Part shown: positions 39,840 through 55,115 of the stretch, piece after piece
Numbering within the stretch: position 1 is the first letter of the stretch
Layout: each line of letters begins with the position of its first letter
Assembly: GCF_006345805.1 (NCBI RefSeq)
Contig: NC_042997.1
Location: 160,208,001 to 160,272,000 of the forward strand
DNA length: 64,000 nt
Source of the DNA: Octopus sinensis
Lineage: Eukaryota
Direction: 5' to 3'
Made by a program: the position numbers and the translations under genes
Notes under the pieces: model-generated
Seen by the model: the letters and a program-made list of their open reading frames with translations, nothing else
Told to the model about the DNA's origin: nothing
Database searches by the model: none

Positions 39840-40569
39840 AGAGATAGATATATATGTATTTATATGGCATGTAAATTTATTCATTGTATAGAATATTGAC
39901 AGAGTAAAATAAAATTTATTTTGAAATGAACGATGAACAAAATTTTTTCGTGACTAATATAATAGATATAATGATTTCCAATTTAGGGAAAATCTAGAGC
40001 GTGTTTCATTTTCTTTGAGTGGAGAGTCACTTATAGAAGTGTTAAACTTGCCGTAACATGCCGCAGAATAAGCGATCGAAATGCTCATTGAACTTCATTT
40101 GATGACCTGTAGGAATGACATTTGTGTGCTATTTACCTGTTCAAATAACGGTCTTAAGCATGCGAGAAACAAAATAAACAAAATAAAGGCATTCAATAAA
40201 ATTATAAAATATAAAATATAAAAATCGTGGAAAAACCTTAAGTCGAAGAGCGGATTCAAAATACATATTGTCATTAATTATATATGAATTATAATTCGAG
40301 TAATGCAATTAATACATTAAAAATTAAAATATTTCACAATGGTATATACGCATACTAAATCATCAATACACATATATACATCAAAATACAGAGAGAGATG
40401 TACACAGACCACATACGTATGCACCTTATTACAATAGCTCATTCATGAATAGTGGAATCTCTGAGAAGACCCAGTATAACCAAATTAATGTTAGCAGTAA
40501 TGCTTCAAGTAGAACTAGGATTAGGAAAGTTTTGTGGTTCAACTCAGCTTTCAATTTATACATACATAC

Positions 40570-40630
<61 letters not shown>

Positions 40631-40659
40631 CATGTATATATGCACACATATATATATAC

Positions 40660-41190
40660 ATTGAAGCTCCCCAAAGGTCAATCACGAAAGAGATAGATGC
40701 CATGTCAGACCTCGACTACTGGGGTCGACTAGAAAAGCTGAAACACTATTCATTCCAATGACCCTGTGAACATTACATTATTTCTATGATGGGGAAAATA
40801 TTCCATCTGCACCGTCTAAATAATGTTGGCATCACCTTCAAAATATACCCAAGACTTGGACCCCGTGCCATCCGTCCCCATGAAAAATCTAAATAGTATT
40901 TCATAACTACAATACGGCACAATTATTTCACCTCAACTGGCACTGCTCTCTTCAACATTACACCAGGACACGTCAAAACAAAAACAGACCACACAAAATT
41001 CAAGAAGTCTTTGGACAAATTCCTCCAAGCAGTCCCAAACAAACCACTCACATCCGGATATGTCTCCGCAAAGAATAACTTTCTTCTCGAACGGGCCTTG
41101 TTGCCCAAATCCTGAATTGAAAGACTTCGCCATGTGGTGCTATTAAGTTAGACATGGCCTGGTCCAGTACTGACCAAAACCTTTCTAATT
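40660..41190 (+). mobile_element. Short 3' fragment of LINE family a in (TA)n
   Basis: Homologous to 32990-33530, with more substitutions and stops. Confidence 0.9.
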
Positions 41191-41226
41191 TATATATATA
41201 TATGTATATATATGTGTGTGTGTGTG

Positions 41227-41298
<72 letters not shown>

Positions 41299-41318
41299 TA
41301 TTATATATACATATATAC

Positions 41319-41349
<31 letters not shown>

Positions 41350-41350
41350 C

Positions 41351-44300
41351 CAGTGGCGTGCGGTGACTTCCGGCGTTGGGCATGCAATTAATTTCATTGC
41401 CCCCCCCCCCCCCGGCAATTTTTCAGTAAAACATTTTCGTATTCCTACGATTTACATATAAGAGATTCTGAATATGCAGAATAAACAGGGAATAAAAAAT
41501 GGCTGTGCAGAGATGATCCTGAAATAAGTGTATTGTTTGTATTATTCTTTGCTCTTCGAAACATCAGTACTTTCCCATCCTCATTCTCCCTTAGAAAAGT
41601 CTAAAAATCATAAGTGAAATGTAATAAAGATGAAATTGGATTCTGTCAATATTTTTGCATATTCAGAATCTCTGTTAAAGGTAGGAATCCGAAAAAAAAT
41701 TTTGACATAAATTCGTTTTTCAAAGGGGTGCGATTCTGCATTAGCCCCTATACCTATCGGTTGAGCTGAATGAAATGATTTAATTAAAAGAACACATTTA
41801 GTTACATTATATGGCCATGGTTTTAGATCGTTACGCTCTCGAAGACAAGTCAGGTTCTTTATCATGCTACTTGTCAATTCCGGGAAAATTATTGACTGTT
41901 CTGAGACTTACTGAACTCCGTTCATTAAAGGACTACGTCTCACGCACAAACATTGAAAATACACGCATATACATGAATACGCACACAATGAAAGACAGCG
42001 AAAATTCAACATTGTAAAAAGCCTCCCAAAACTGTTGTGGCAGAAGTCAACATCTCTGAGATTGAAACAAGACACTTATTGAAAGTGAAACAAAACACTT
42101 ATTTACGGCCGTAAATAGACTACACCCAGCAGCACAGAAAGGGAAATCTATGTAGGTAGGTTTCACGAAGAAATCAAAACATTTCTCCTGCGAAACAATA
42201 CTGATGTAAGAAGGTCGAACCTTACGTTATAACAAACACTAAGCAAAACCTGTAATATATGCTCTTTAATATATATTTTTTTTAATGTTTTAAAATGTTA
42301 CTTAGCTCATTTATAAATTAATTCAATTCTTCGATCTTTCTGGGCAAATATATCTATCACATTTTCATAGAAATCTTCTCTTTTCATCAATTCTTGTAAT
42401 AAATCTTTTTCAATTGACATTAGTGCTAACCCAGACAGTCTTCTTTCTCCTGTCGCATTTCTTTGGTATGTTTTAATTCTACTTAATGCAGAAAAGGATC
42501 GCTCTACAGAAGCAGTGGTAGACGGAATTGTCAAAATCAACTTGCACAGATTGAAGAGTTCTGGCATAGCTTCAACAAGATCAGTGCTGTTAATGTAACT
42601 CATTAAATGACTTACACTTGGTTTTTTAAAATCTTTCATTGAATACATCACATTGAGCTCACTTTGTAATCGTATTACATCAAAACATCTGCCATAGAGT
42701 CCACAGGAAATTGTTTGCAATACTCATCAACTTTGTTGAAATTCAAAAGTTCCATGAATTTAAACTCTTCTAAGGATGAATATCGTGCTTTTATTTGGTC
42801 AACTATTGTACTTATAATTTTGTTATAAAGCGTTCTATAATGTCGTTGGGGATCAATAGATATATTCTTGGATCTCTGAATTCCGATTCCTGCATCGACT
42901 CCATATTTTTCCCCTAACCTATCATAAAAGACTGAAAAATTATCAAGTTTGTTTTCGAGTACAGTTCTAGTTTTATCTATTGCTGTTTACAATACACTAT
43001 GTCATGACTTTTACTCTGGAGTATGTTAAATAAGACGTCAGTAAAAGAAAAAATGTCACTGAATACCTCTGACAAAAATAAGAAATCAGGAGCTTTTAAA
43101 GTGTGTAAGAATCCAATTGCTGAATTTATGGTGGTCTCATCCCATGCTTCAGGATTTTCAATGATGTGTTCAAAAAGGCTGATTATGAAATTATAATTTT
43201 CCTTTGTGGTAATAATAAGACGTGAGGAGTAATTCCATCTAGTTGCTGTTGCTTTCGGAAATCTTTTTTTAACAATATTATCTAATGCATTAGTCCTTTT
43301 CGGTGATTTCGTAAAAGATGTACCAAGTCCATTTATTGTAGAAAAAAATATCTTGCATTATTTCATAGCAGAGCATGATTGTGAAAGAACTAAATTTAGG
43401 ATATGGGCACAACAATGAATAAAGATCGCACATTCATATTTCTTTCTTACTTTTGCCTGCAACCCATTTAGTTGTCCTGCCATTGTAGCGGCACCATCAT
43501 ATGTCTGCGCAATCAATTTGTTTCCACATTCCCACGTCTCAATGCATTTAAAAACATGTTCAGATAAAGCATTTGCAGATCGATCTGCACTAACATCACT
43601 AAAACGGATAAATCGTTCTTTCGTCACACAGTCTTCTGTAACATAACGTAAAACTGTTGACAGTTGTAAAGATGCTGAGACATCAGATGTCTCATCAACA
43701 AGAATAGAAACAAACTTAGCTTGGTCAATTTCCTTCTGCATCTCATTCAACATAACTTTATGAATTGCTTCGATCAAGTCATTTTGAATTCTGTTCGACA
43801 GACCAGTGAAGATAGAAGCTGTATCTAAATGACTTTCCATTTGTTTGTCATACTTACTGATCAAATAAACGAGTTCTTTATAATTTCCCCGATTATTAGA
43901 GCCTTCAGATTCAAAATGACCCCGAAACGATAATTCCTGGAGGCCTAAAAAAATAACAACATCGATCAATCGTTGCAGAATGGATCTGTTTCGTCGAACT
44001 TTCTCATTATGCTGTTGTATGCTTTGATTTTTACGTGCATCTAATTGTAAGTCTATGCGAACATTCCCGAATATTTTAAGGTCTATCAAACATTTTATAT
44101 GCCTTTGAGAACGCTCGTGCTTTAGCATAGCCATATGTAAATTATTTAAATCATCATAGCCTTTATCATTCCAAACATTTTTTTCTAAGCCAAAAAGTAA
44201 ACACGGCCAACAGAATAATTTATTAAGAGCAACACTTCCAATTAACCATTTCTTCTTTTCATACGAATTAACCTGAAATTGTCTCGTGAATTTCTTGTTG

Positions 44301-45123
44301 TAGCTTCGCAAATTAGGTAAATTCGGTGTTGGTCTCCCGCGATTTATAATTAATTTTTTCCCATCGAAGTCCCTTTTAGAAAAACTGGTTCTCAAAATAT
44401 CGTTTATAGCACACATTTCACTCATTTTGAAAAAGGCTGCTCTTATTTAAGGACCCACGTGGAAGCGCCGGCGTAAATTTTAAGTCAATTTCAACAAAAC
44501 GGAAAAATGCCCTTTGTTAAATTAATTTAAGATTAATTAGCTATTTCTGAAATAAGAAATATAATGTAGATATTTTTGCTTTCAAAACTTTCTAAAAATA
44601 TGATAGTGCAAACGGATGTTTTGGATAAAAAATTTCAAACTTACATGCGAAGGCTATTCCAACATTTCAGCTGGCTAAAACAAGAATTATGGGACGGCTC
44701 TTGTTCCGGTCAAAATAGCCAGAGGCGTGATATGCGATCTAAGCACAGCATGACACGCCAAACTGAATTTGTCGAATCGCTGAGAGAGAAGGGGGTGACC
44801 ATTCCTCGTAGTATATCTTTTAAACAAAGAAAGAGGGAGAAGGGACAAACTATCAAAGACAGAGAGAAGGGACTCATGCTGTCTTCCCAACGCATGACAA
44901 GCGATAACTTTATCGAGTCACTAAGATAGAGAGAGAGAGAGAGGAAGGAAGGACAAACTAATACAGACAGAGAGGGAGTGTGTATCATGCGATCTTCTAA
45001 AAGCATTTATCAAAGCAGATGTACGAAGTGGAGACAATATTTCTAAAACAACTGGACGTATTTTCTTTGAAACAAGGAAGGCATGCAGCGCATACCTTGC
45101 ATTGCTGAGAGTGCACGCCCCTG
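41351..45123 (-). mobile_element. Full-length hAT DNA transposon
   Basis: TIRs CAGTGGCGTGC / CAGGGGCGTGC (11 bp, 1 mismatch); perfect 8-bp TSD ATATATAC at 41343-41350 and 45124-45131. Confidence 0.95.
42307..44425 (-). pseudogene. hAT transposase (ZMYM1/DUF4371-like with hAT dimerisation domain), disabled
   Basis: 355-aa ORF with LVDETSDVS, YDGAATMAG, IHCCAHILNL. In-frame TAA at 43358 then CKIFF..TRWN. C-terminal TIPSTTASVERSFSAL. Confidence 0.92.
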
Positions 45124-45287
45124 ATATATACATGTATATACATATTTATACATATATATATAAATATCTATATATATATACATATATACATGCATATATA
45201 AATGCATATACATACATATATATACAGGTATATATGTATGTATATATACATATACATATACCTGTAAATGTATACATATACATATAT

Positions 45288-45318
<31 letters not shown>

Positions 45319-45394
45319 CATCTATATATATGTATATATATAACTAAATGTTATTTATTTAGTTATATATATATATATATATTTGTATGTCTGT

Positions 45395-45590
45395 TTATCG
45401 CCCCAGCATCGCTTGAAAAAAGATGTTGGTGTGTTTCCATTCCCGTAAGTCACCGGTTCAGCAAAAGATACTGATAGAATAGGTGCTAGGCTTACAAAGA
45501 ATAAGACCTGGTTTCGATTTGTACGACAAATGTGGTACTCCAGTATGGATGCAGTGAAATGACGGAATTTGACACAAGAATAAAAGAATA
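45395..45590 (+). mobile_element. SINE 3' half
   Basis: cccagcatcgcttgaaaaaagatgttggtgtgttt...gctaggcttacaaagaataag, same family as 45900-46280. Confidence 0.75.
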
Positions 45591-45899
45591 AAAAAGTATA
45601 TATATATATATATATATATTCGTCTTTTTCATTATTAAATATGTTTCGTCATTTTCATTGATAATTTTACTCTAACTTTTTAGACCACATCTTCACGAGT
45701 TTAATTTAATTTTACGTTTAAAATTCAGTTAAATGATATTTATCGACGAGATAAATAACGTTTTTTATTTAACAATATTATTTAACTTTTGAATTGTATT
45801 GTGTTTGATTATTATTATTATTGTTGTTAAAATAATAATTTATATATAAGTTCTTGATAATTATTAATTATGAAATGTATATCTATTTATTTACTATTT

Positions 45900-46280
45900 T
45901 TCTTTTACTCTTTTACTTGTTTCAGTCATTTGACTGTGGCCATGCTGGAGCACCGCCTTTGGTCAAGCAAATCGTCCCCAGGACTTATTCTTTGTAAGTC
46001 CAGTACTTATTCTATCGGTCTCTTTTGCCGAACCGCTAAGTTACGGGGACGTGAACACACCAGCATCGGTTGTCAAGCAATGCTTCGGGGACAAACACAG
46101 ACACACAAACACATACACACACATACATATATATATATACATATATACGACAGGCTTCTTTCAGTTTGGTCGACCCGAGGCTAGAGCAGAAGTCACTTGC
46201 CCAAGATGCCACGCAGTGGGACTGAACCCGAAACCATGTGGTTGGTTAGCAAGCTACTTACCACACAGCCACTCCTGCGC
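45900..46280 (-). mobile_element. tRNA-derived SINE, full length and well preserved
   Basis: Head gtggctgtgtggtaagtagcttg...gggttcagtccc; internal (TA/CA) microsatellite; 3' ggcggtgctccagcatggccacagtcaaatgactgaaacaag and an A-rich tail. Confidence 0.9.
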
Positions 46281-46747
46281 CATTTATTATGTTTATTATT
46301 ATTTTTATAATGTGATTTAATGTATTATATATAATTTAATTTGAGAAATAGTTTTGTAAGACAATATATTATTAAATAGTTAGGTGGTCTATTTATTACG
46401 TAGTATTACATTTAAGTAAATATGTTAAATATCAATTGATATTTTGGTCAACTATATAAAAGAATAAAATATTAAATCTATAAACATTACATATACATTA
46501 ATAATATAGATAGTTTATATATAGGTGTGTATATATTTGAACCATTTTCTATTTTTAATTCTAATATTTTTAGCTTGTACTAGCATTCTGTATATTACTT
46601 AACATGAAGTTTTTTTGTATACATTACGTAATGAGAATAAAATTTTATTTAGATATTTATTAAATTAATTAATTAATTAATTAATAATTTTATTTATAAT
46701 ATATCGACAAAATTGTAGTATTTACTTTTCACTTAATGCATATTTTG

Positions 46748-46794
<47 letters not shown>

Positions 46795-46964
46795 ATATAT
46801 ATTATATATATATATATTTGTTTTCAATAACTTAATTAATTGTATTTTATTTTCTAGTAATGATATATTATAGTTTATTAGATAAACTATAAATTTATTA
46901 ATAATTTAACTTATTGTATATCGATCAAATTATAGTGTTTAGTTTTCATTTAATGTGCATGATG

Positions 46965-47006
<42 letters not shown>

Positions 47007-47019
47007 ATGTATATATATG

Positions 47020-47051
<32 letters not shown>

Positions 47052-47067
47052 TGTATATATATGTATA

Positions 47068-47170
<103 letters not shown>

Positions 47171-47725
47171 TATATATGTATATATATATATGTATGTATG
47201 TATGTATATATATTTGTTTTAAATAATTTAATTGATTGTAATTTATTTTCTAGTAAAGATATATTATAGATTATTCTTTTCTTGAATATGTTAAAATTTT
47301 ATTTTTATAGATATAATAAATATCTATACCAATTTATTCTATTTTTTACTTACACAAGAATATATTTCTTAAGATATTTCGTATTTTACAAGATTATATA
47401 CGTATATTTATTAATTTATCTAATTAATTAATTTATCTTTAACGTGAAGAGTGACTATATTTATATTGAATTAATTTTACTGTTATCATTTCTTAAATAA
47501 ATCCACGGAACACGTGTAGTTTTTCTACCAAATATATACTTTTTAATTATAACTATTATTTTTATTTTGCACTTTACGTAATCATTTGTATATGCTTTAT
47601 ATTTTATTTAATCTTTCTATCAGATGTAATCTTTTTCTAAATGGTATAATTTAATTTTTTCATTATTAAATTGATAAAAGGTGTTTTTTCTAATTTATAT
47701 ATACATATATATATATATTATATAT

Positions 47726-47774
<49 letters not shown>

Positions 47775-47856
47775 TATATATACATATTGTGAAATTTGAT
47801 TTAGTATTTCTAAATTGAATTTTTCCCTGTAAGTTTGAAATAATATTCCCTCATAA

Positions 47857-47857
<1 letters not shown>

Positions 47858-47933
<76 letters not shown>

Positions 47934-47935
47934 CA
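47858..47935. repeat. (TAT)n microsatellite
   Basis: Direct reading. Confidence 0.9.
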
Positions 47936-48286
47936 TAATTAGTATATATGTACACACACATACATGCACACATTTATTAATATAATATATAGGAGGTATT
48001 GGTATCCAGAAACGAAGATGGCTGCTAAGGCTACGTAAGTGCTACGGGAGGACTGTAGTGCTTGTGAGAACTCTCGGTTCGATAATGATACGAGTAAGGT
48101 GTCCAATACAGGTCTTGTGTAAGCATGCATATGTTAAATAAAATGAGACAAGTAAACCAAGTTTGTGTGGAATTTATAGTGCTTCTATATATTACATGTA
48201 TAGTGCATGTCTTAATTATCCACAATCTTATGTAAGGAATCAATATCGTGTTAGAAATCGTTATTAAACAACGTTATCATATATTT

Positions 48287-48381
48287 ATATGAAGACGAAA
48301 AACGTTTATAATTATATAATTATATAATTTTAATGTAAAATTATATAATTATATAATTATAAACATTTTTCGTCTTCATAT
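48287..48381. repeat. 95-bp near-perfect palindrome
   Basis: 46-bp arms atatgaagacgaaaaacgtttataatt... around atg, with one mismatch. Confidence 0.9.
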
Positions 48382-48417
48382 ATATATGTTGCTGTTACTT
48401 TGACGTACGACACTCAC

Positions 48418-48462
48418 CTTTTGGTACTGGTGATGTAGACGTTGTTGTTGGTGGAGTTACTC
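48418..48462 (-). CDS. Candidate 45-nt symmetric Thr/Pro-rich exon
   Basis: cag|GAGTAACTCC...CCAAAAG|gtgagt; phase 1-1; encodes (G)VTPPTTTSTSPVPK. No partner exon identified. Confidence 0.25.
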
Positions 48463-48620
48463 CTGTTGTTGGCCAATGAAAAAGGGATCACAATTGCGGT
48501 GCCCTAGCATAGCCGCAGCCTCAATGCTAAAGCATATAAAAGAATATATAAGTTCAGCAAAATTTAGAGTCAGATGAATATGGTACTTAAGTTAAAGACA
48601 CCAGAATTATAAGGATAATA

Positions 48621-48686
<66 letters not shown>

Positions 48687-48730
48687 AAACAAGTCAAAAA
48701 TAGAAAATGCTAAAATAATTTTATAGTGAA

Positions 48731-48778
48731 CATTTCAGTACCGGTTTCGGTCATTTTGAGACCTTTTCAACCGTAACG
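48731..48778 (-). ncRNA. Minimal hammerhead-like motif with U3-A8 core in a PLE-LTR-like repeat (48684-48780)
   Basis: cgttacgg-TTGAAAA-GGTC tcaaaat GACC-GAAA-CCGG-TA|ctgaaatg; stems I and II can form; palindromic stem III loop. Confidence 0.5.
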
Positions 48779-49016
48779 ATTAAATAATTAATTTAGAAAA
48801 ATTAGAAGAAAAGTTTTTTTAAAAGAATATTTCTATAGTAGTGTTCAGATTAAGTGGCATTCTGCCTTTCTCTGACTCCCATGTTTGCACTTGTGTGTCG
48901 GAGGTCGTTGTGAGTTCTTGGAAGGGTAGTAGAGGAAGAAGGCTGGTGGGGAAAGGGGGATGGGAGAATCTGGGAGTGCCCTGATGGTCGTATTTTGAAT
49001 ATATATATATATATAT

Positions 49017-49730
49017 AGAGGGAAACCACTATGTGGACACCTTTATGCACAAGGTGTCCACATAGTGGTTCCCTCTAAAATGTATATAATACAATTTTAC
49101 TGAACCTTCATTTTTTTTATATGCTTGACCACAGGTGTGAAATCGATGTTAATTAAATTAATATCTAATTTCTCACTCTCATTTTAAATTTAGATTTAAA
49201 TTAATGCGTCCTTTAACCGGCAAGGGCCACTGCAGTAAAGTATTATCTGCAGCATCAATTTTTCTGATAATTTAGGGCGCCAAAACGAGGATATTTGAAG
49301 TAGTAAATGCGAGCGTAATGAGTAGAACTGTTTACAGATCTGACTTTGTTCGGACGTCCTAGTATGCAGTCCTGCAAATTATATTCATCTGGACGGTCGC
49401 ACCGATGATCTATGGACATTTATGTAAGTAATATTACGTAATATGTAAATAGTGACACATGTGTGCGAATAATCCATATTTTTGTTGCTTTTTCTTTTGT
49501 CCAGCTTGATTACGTTTTGGTTGTTTTGCTAAATTTTTCTTGAGAACATTTCTTAGTAATAAGACGTGTGCGGATCTATTTCTACCATAAGTGTGTCCAC
49601 ATACCGGTTTCCCTCTAATATGTTTATAATACAATTTTGCTGAACCTTCAGTTTTTTCTTATATGCTAAACCACTAGTGTGAAATCGATGTTAATTAAAT
49701 TAATATCTAATTTCTCACCCTCATTTTAAA
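49017..49730. mobile_element. MITE-related composite: 26-bp-stem hairpin plus ~135-bp direct repeats
   Basis: Hairpin at 49017-49076; 49054-49188 is repeated at 49593-49730; 49360-49590 is homologous to the right arm of the 17151-17643 MITE. Confidence 0.65.
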
Positions 49731-49752
49731 TATATATATATATATATATATA

Positions 49753-51545
<1,793 letters not shown>

Positions 51546-51581
51546 AATACCGACTAGTGTGCCTTTTCAACCTTCTACACG

Positions 51582-51657
<76 letters not shown>

Positions 51658-51678
51658 TTAAATATATATACATATATA

Positions 51679-51737
<59 letters not shown>

Positions 51738-51789
51738 AGGGACGATGCAACCTATAATCACCGCATTAGCAAAGCCTCATATTTTATCA

Positions 51790-54539
51790 CAAAAGTCACG
51801 AAAATTGGAACATGGAACGTAAGGGAATTGAACATGGGAAGTTGGACACCATCAAGAAGGAAATGAATCGATTAAACATCGCTATCCTAGGAGTCGGCGA
51901 AGTTCATTGGACTGGCAATGGTTTCCTCAACTCTGGTGATCATACAATGTACTTTTCGGGCAATAGCAAGACCAGACAAAATGGAGTGAGATTTGTTCTA
52001 TACAAGAAAATATCCAAGTGTGTTGAAGGTTACCAGACCATCAGTGATCGAGTGATTACCATTCGCATCAAAGTCAAAACCAACAACATCACATTGTACA
52101 AATCTACGCACCAACTGCCGACGCCGAAGAAGATGAGATTGAACAATTCTATGCAGAAATTCAGGGCGCAATCGAGGAAACACCACGAACAGATGTTGTC
52201 TATATTCTGGGAGATTTCAATGCCAACAATGGAGAAAAAGCAGAAGCAGACATTGTTGGCAAATTTGGATTAGGAGAACGGAATGAAGTAGGAGATCGAC
52301 TGGTCCAATTTTGTCAAGAACAAAACATGCGGCTAACCAATACTTGGTTTCGGCAGCCAAGATGACGGCTTTACACCTGGACGTCGCCAAGTGGACAGTA
52401 CCGCAATCAAATCGACAACATCCTATGTCAGCAACGGTGGAAGAGTTCAGTCCAAGCTGTGAAGACGTACCTTGAGGCAGACTGTGGATCTGACCATGAA
52501 CATCTGGTTGCCAAGATCAAAATTCGATTCTGCAATGTCAAGCGACCACCCGCTTGCCAGAAATTTGTTACCAACAAGATCGGTCTATCATATGTCGCTG
52601 AGATCAGAAGCCGCTTCGAACTGCTCGCCATCGAAGCAGAAGATATATGGGAGAATGTGAAGGAAATTGTCGTTGAAACAGCAGAGAAACATGTACTATA
52701 CAAGAAACCCACACGATCAGCAAAGTGGATTTCGGAGGAGACTTATGCAATAGCAGAAGAAAGAAGGAGAGCAAAGGTGACCAGAAGCAGGGATGAAGTG
52801 CGGCGCCTGAATGCAATGTTCCAACAGGCTGCCAGGAAGGACAAAGAGAAATACTGGAATGAGGAATGTGCAAGGGAAGAGGAGGCATACAGGAAACGGA
52901 ACATGAGAGAACTTTACCAACATGTAAAGAAGGCCCGTGCAGCATCCATGGCAAGACAAGCAACCTTCCGTGGGAGAAATGGTGAAGAACCACATGACCT
53001 AGAAGGGATAAGAAAAAGATGGAAAGAATACACTGAACAGTTGTACGCAGGGAACAACCGTGATGAGCAGGCAGAAGAGAAGCCACTGGAACTGGAGCCA
53101 GACATCCTGGAGGATGAGGTGGTATGGGCAATGAAACAGCTGGCCAAAACCGAGAAGCCCCAGATACTGATGGCATACCACTAGAATTACTCAAGCCAAT
53201 ACCAACAAAAACACTAACATCGCTTTGCCAACGAATATGGAGAACCTGTAATTGGCCAATGGAATGGAAGAGGTCAGTTGTCATTCCAATACCAAAGAAA
53301 AGAGACACCAAGGACTGCGCAAACTACCATACCATCACTCTGATCCCCCATGTAAGCAAAATTCTCCTTAAAATCACCCAGAAGCGCCTAAACAGAACTA
53401 TATAGAGAGAATTGCTAAAAGTGCAAGCTGGTTTAAGAAAGGGAAGAGGCACCCGCGATCACATCGCCAACCTTCGGTACATTATGGAAAAGGCAAGAGA
53501 ATACCAAAAGAAGCCGTACATGTGTTTCATTGTTTACTCCAAAGCCTTTGACAGCATTGATCATGACAAGTTATGGAGAAAATGGGAACACCTTCACACC
53601 TTGACCAGCTTATTAGATCACTCTATCGAAACCAAGAGGCTACAGTACGGACACTATATGGCGACACTGATTGGTTTGAGATTGGAAAAGGCACTCGGCA
53701 AGGTTGCATCCTGTCACCAGCAGCCTTCAAAATGTACGCTGAAAAGGTCATGAGGAATGCAGACCTGGAGGATAGCAGCATTGGAGTGAAGATTGGAAGA
53801 AGAAATATTAATAACCTTCGCTATGCAGATGATAAAATGCTACTGGCAGAAAATAATAAGGATCTAGAGAAACTTATCCTGCTAGTCAAGAAAGAGAGTG
53901 AGAACTTTGGGCTGTACCTCAATGTCAAGAAAACAAAAATCATGTCAACAGCAGCCACAACAAACATCAGCATTAAGATCGATAATAAAGAGATCGAAGT
54001 GGTAGATGATTTCATATTCCTTGGCTCCAAAATAAATCGAAATGGTAACTGCACTCCAGAAATAAGGCGGTGGATAGTACTAGGCCAAGAGGCAACGGTC
54101 AGCATGAACAAGGTCTGGAAGAGTAGAGACTTCAGCCTTGCTACCAAATGCAGATTGGTGTATGCAATTGTCTTCTCAATAGCAGCATATGGCTGCGAGA
54201 GCTGGACACTAAAGAGAACTGACCAGAAGAGAATTAATGCATTCGAGCTTTGGTGTTGGAGAAGACTTTTACGGATTCCATGGACAGCGAGGCTCACCAA
54301 TGATGAAGCCGAAACTGTCGCTAGCATCACCAAGCAAAGATTGGCATATTTTGGTCATATTATGCGGAGAAAATTCCTGAAGAACGACATCATGTTTGGA
54401 ATGGTCAGTGGCAAGAGAGGAAGAGGCCGACCAAGAACCTGCTGGCTTGATACCATCAAGAGTGACACGGGAATGACCATAGCCAATCTGAAAGAAGCGA
54501 CTCTGAAAGAAGAACTGGCTGGAAATCACTTCGACTGAG

Positions 54540-54540
<1 letters not shown>
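51790..54540 (+). mobile_element. RTE-clade LINE, EN+RT, decayed
   Basis: KIGTWNVR, YTWTSP..RNQID, GSDH, YHTITLIPH, LRYADD, WCWRRLLRIPWT, GKRGRGRP; multiple frameshifts; 3' end abuts (TA)n. Confidence 0.95.
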
Positions 54541-54591
<51 letters not shown>

Positions 54592-54723
54592 GGAGTCTTA
54601 ATTGCAGATGGCTCAATTCCATGACAAAAGACTTAAGGTACCACCAACCAAACCCACTAATTCCCTTCTTGGCACCAACAGAAAACATTAAAAACAAGAA
54701 GAACCGATTTTATCAGAAATATT

Positions 54724-55115
54724 TGGCTGTGTGGTAAGAAGCTCGTTTCCCAAAAACAGTTCAATCCCACCACGTGGTACCTTGGTTAAGTGTCGTCTAC
54801 TATAGGCTCATGCCGATCAAAACCTTGTGAGTATATTTGGCATTTGGAAACTGAAAGAAGCCCATCGTTTATATATATATATATATGTATATATTTATGT
54901 GTATGTCTTTGTGTTTGTGTTTGATCCCTTCCCCAACGCGCTTGACAGCCGATATTGGTATATTTACGTCACCATAACTTAGCGGTTCGACAAAGATACT
55001 GACAGAATGAGTACGAGACTTAATAAGAATAAGTCGATTTCTGCGAGTAAAAAGTGGTGCTCCAGAATAGCCCCTGTCATATGACTGAAACAAGTTAAAG
55101 AATATAAGAATAAAC
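54724..55115 (+). mobile_element. tRNA-derived SINE, diverged
   Basis: Colinear with the reverse complement of 45900-46280. Confidence 0.85.

Noticed and set aside
41150-41182. Covarying hairpin in the family-a LINE 3' UTR
   Set aside because: The hairpins in the different copies form in different registers, so the changes are not truly compensatory.
48018-48040. ATG GCT GCT AAG GCT AC|GTAAGT as a first micro-exon
   Set aside because: Too short to distinguish from chance, and no downstream exon was identified.
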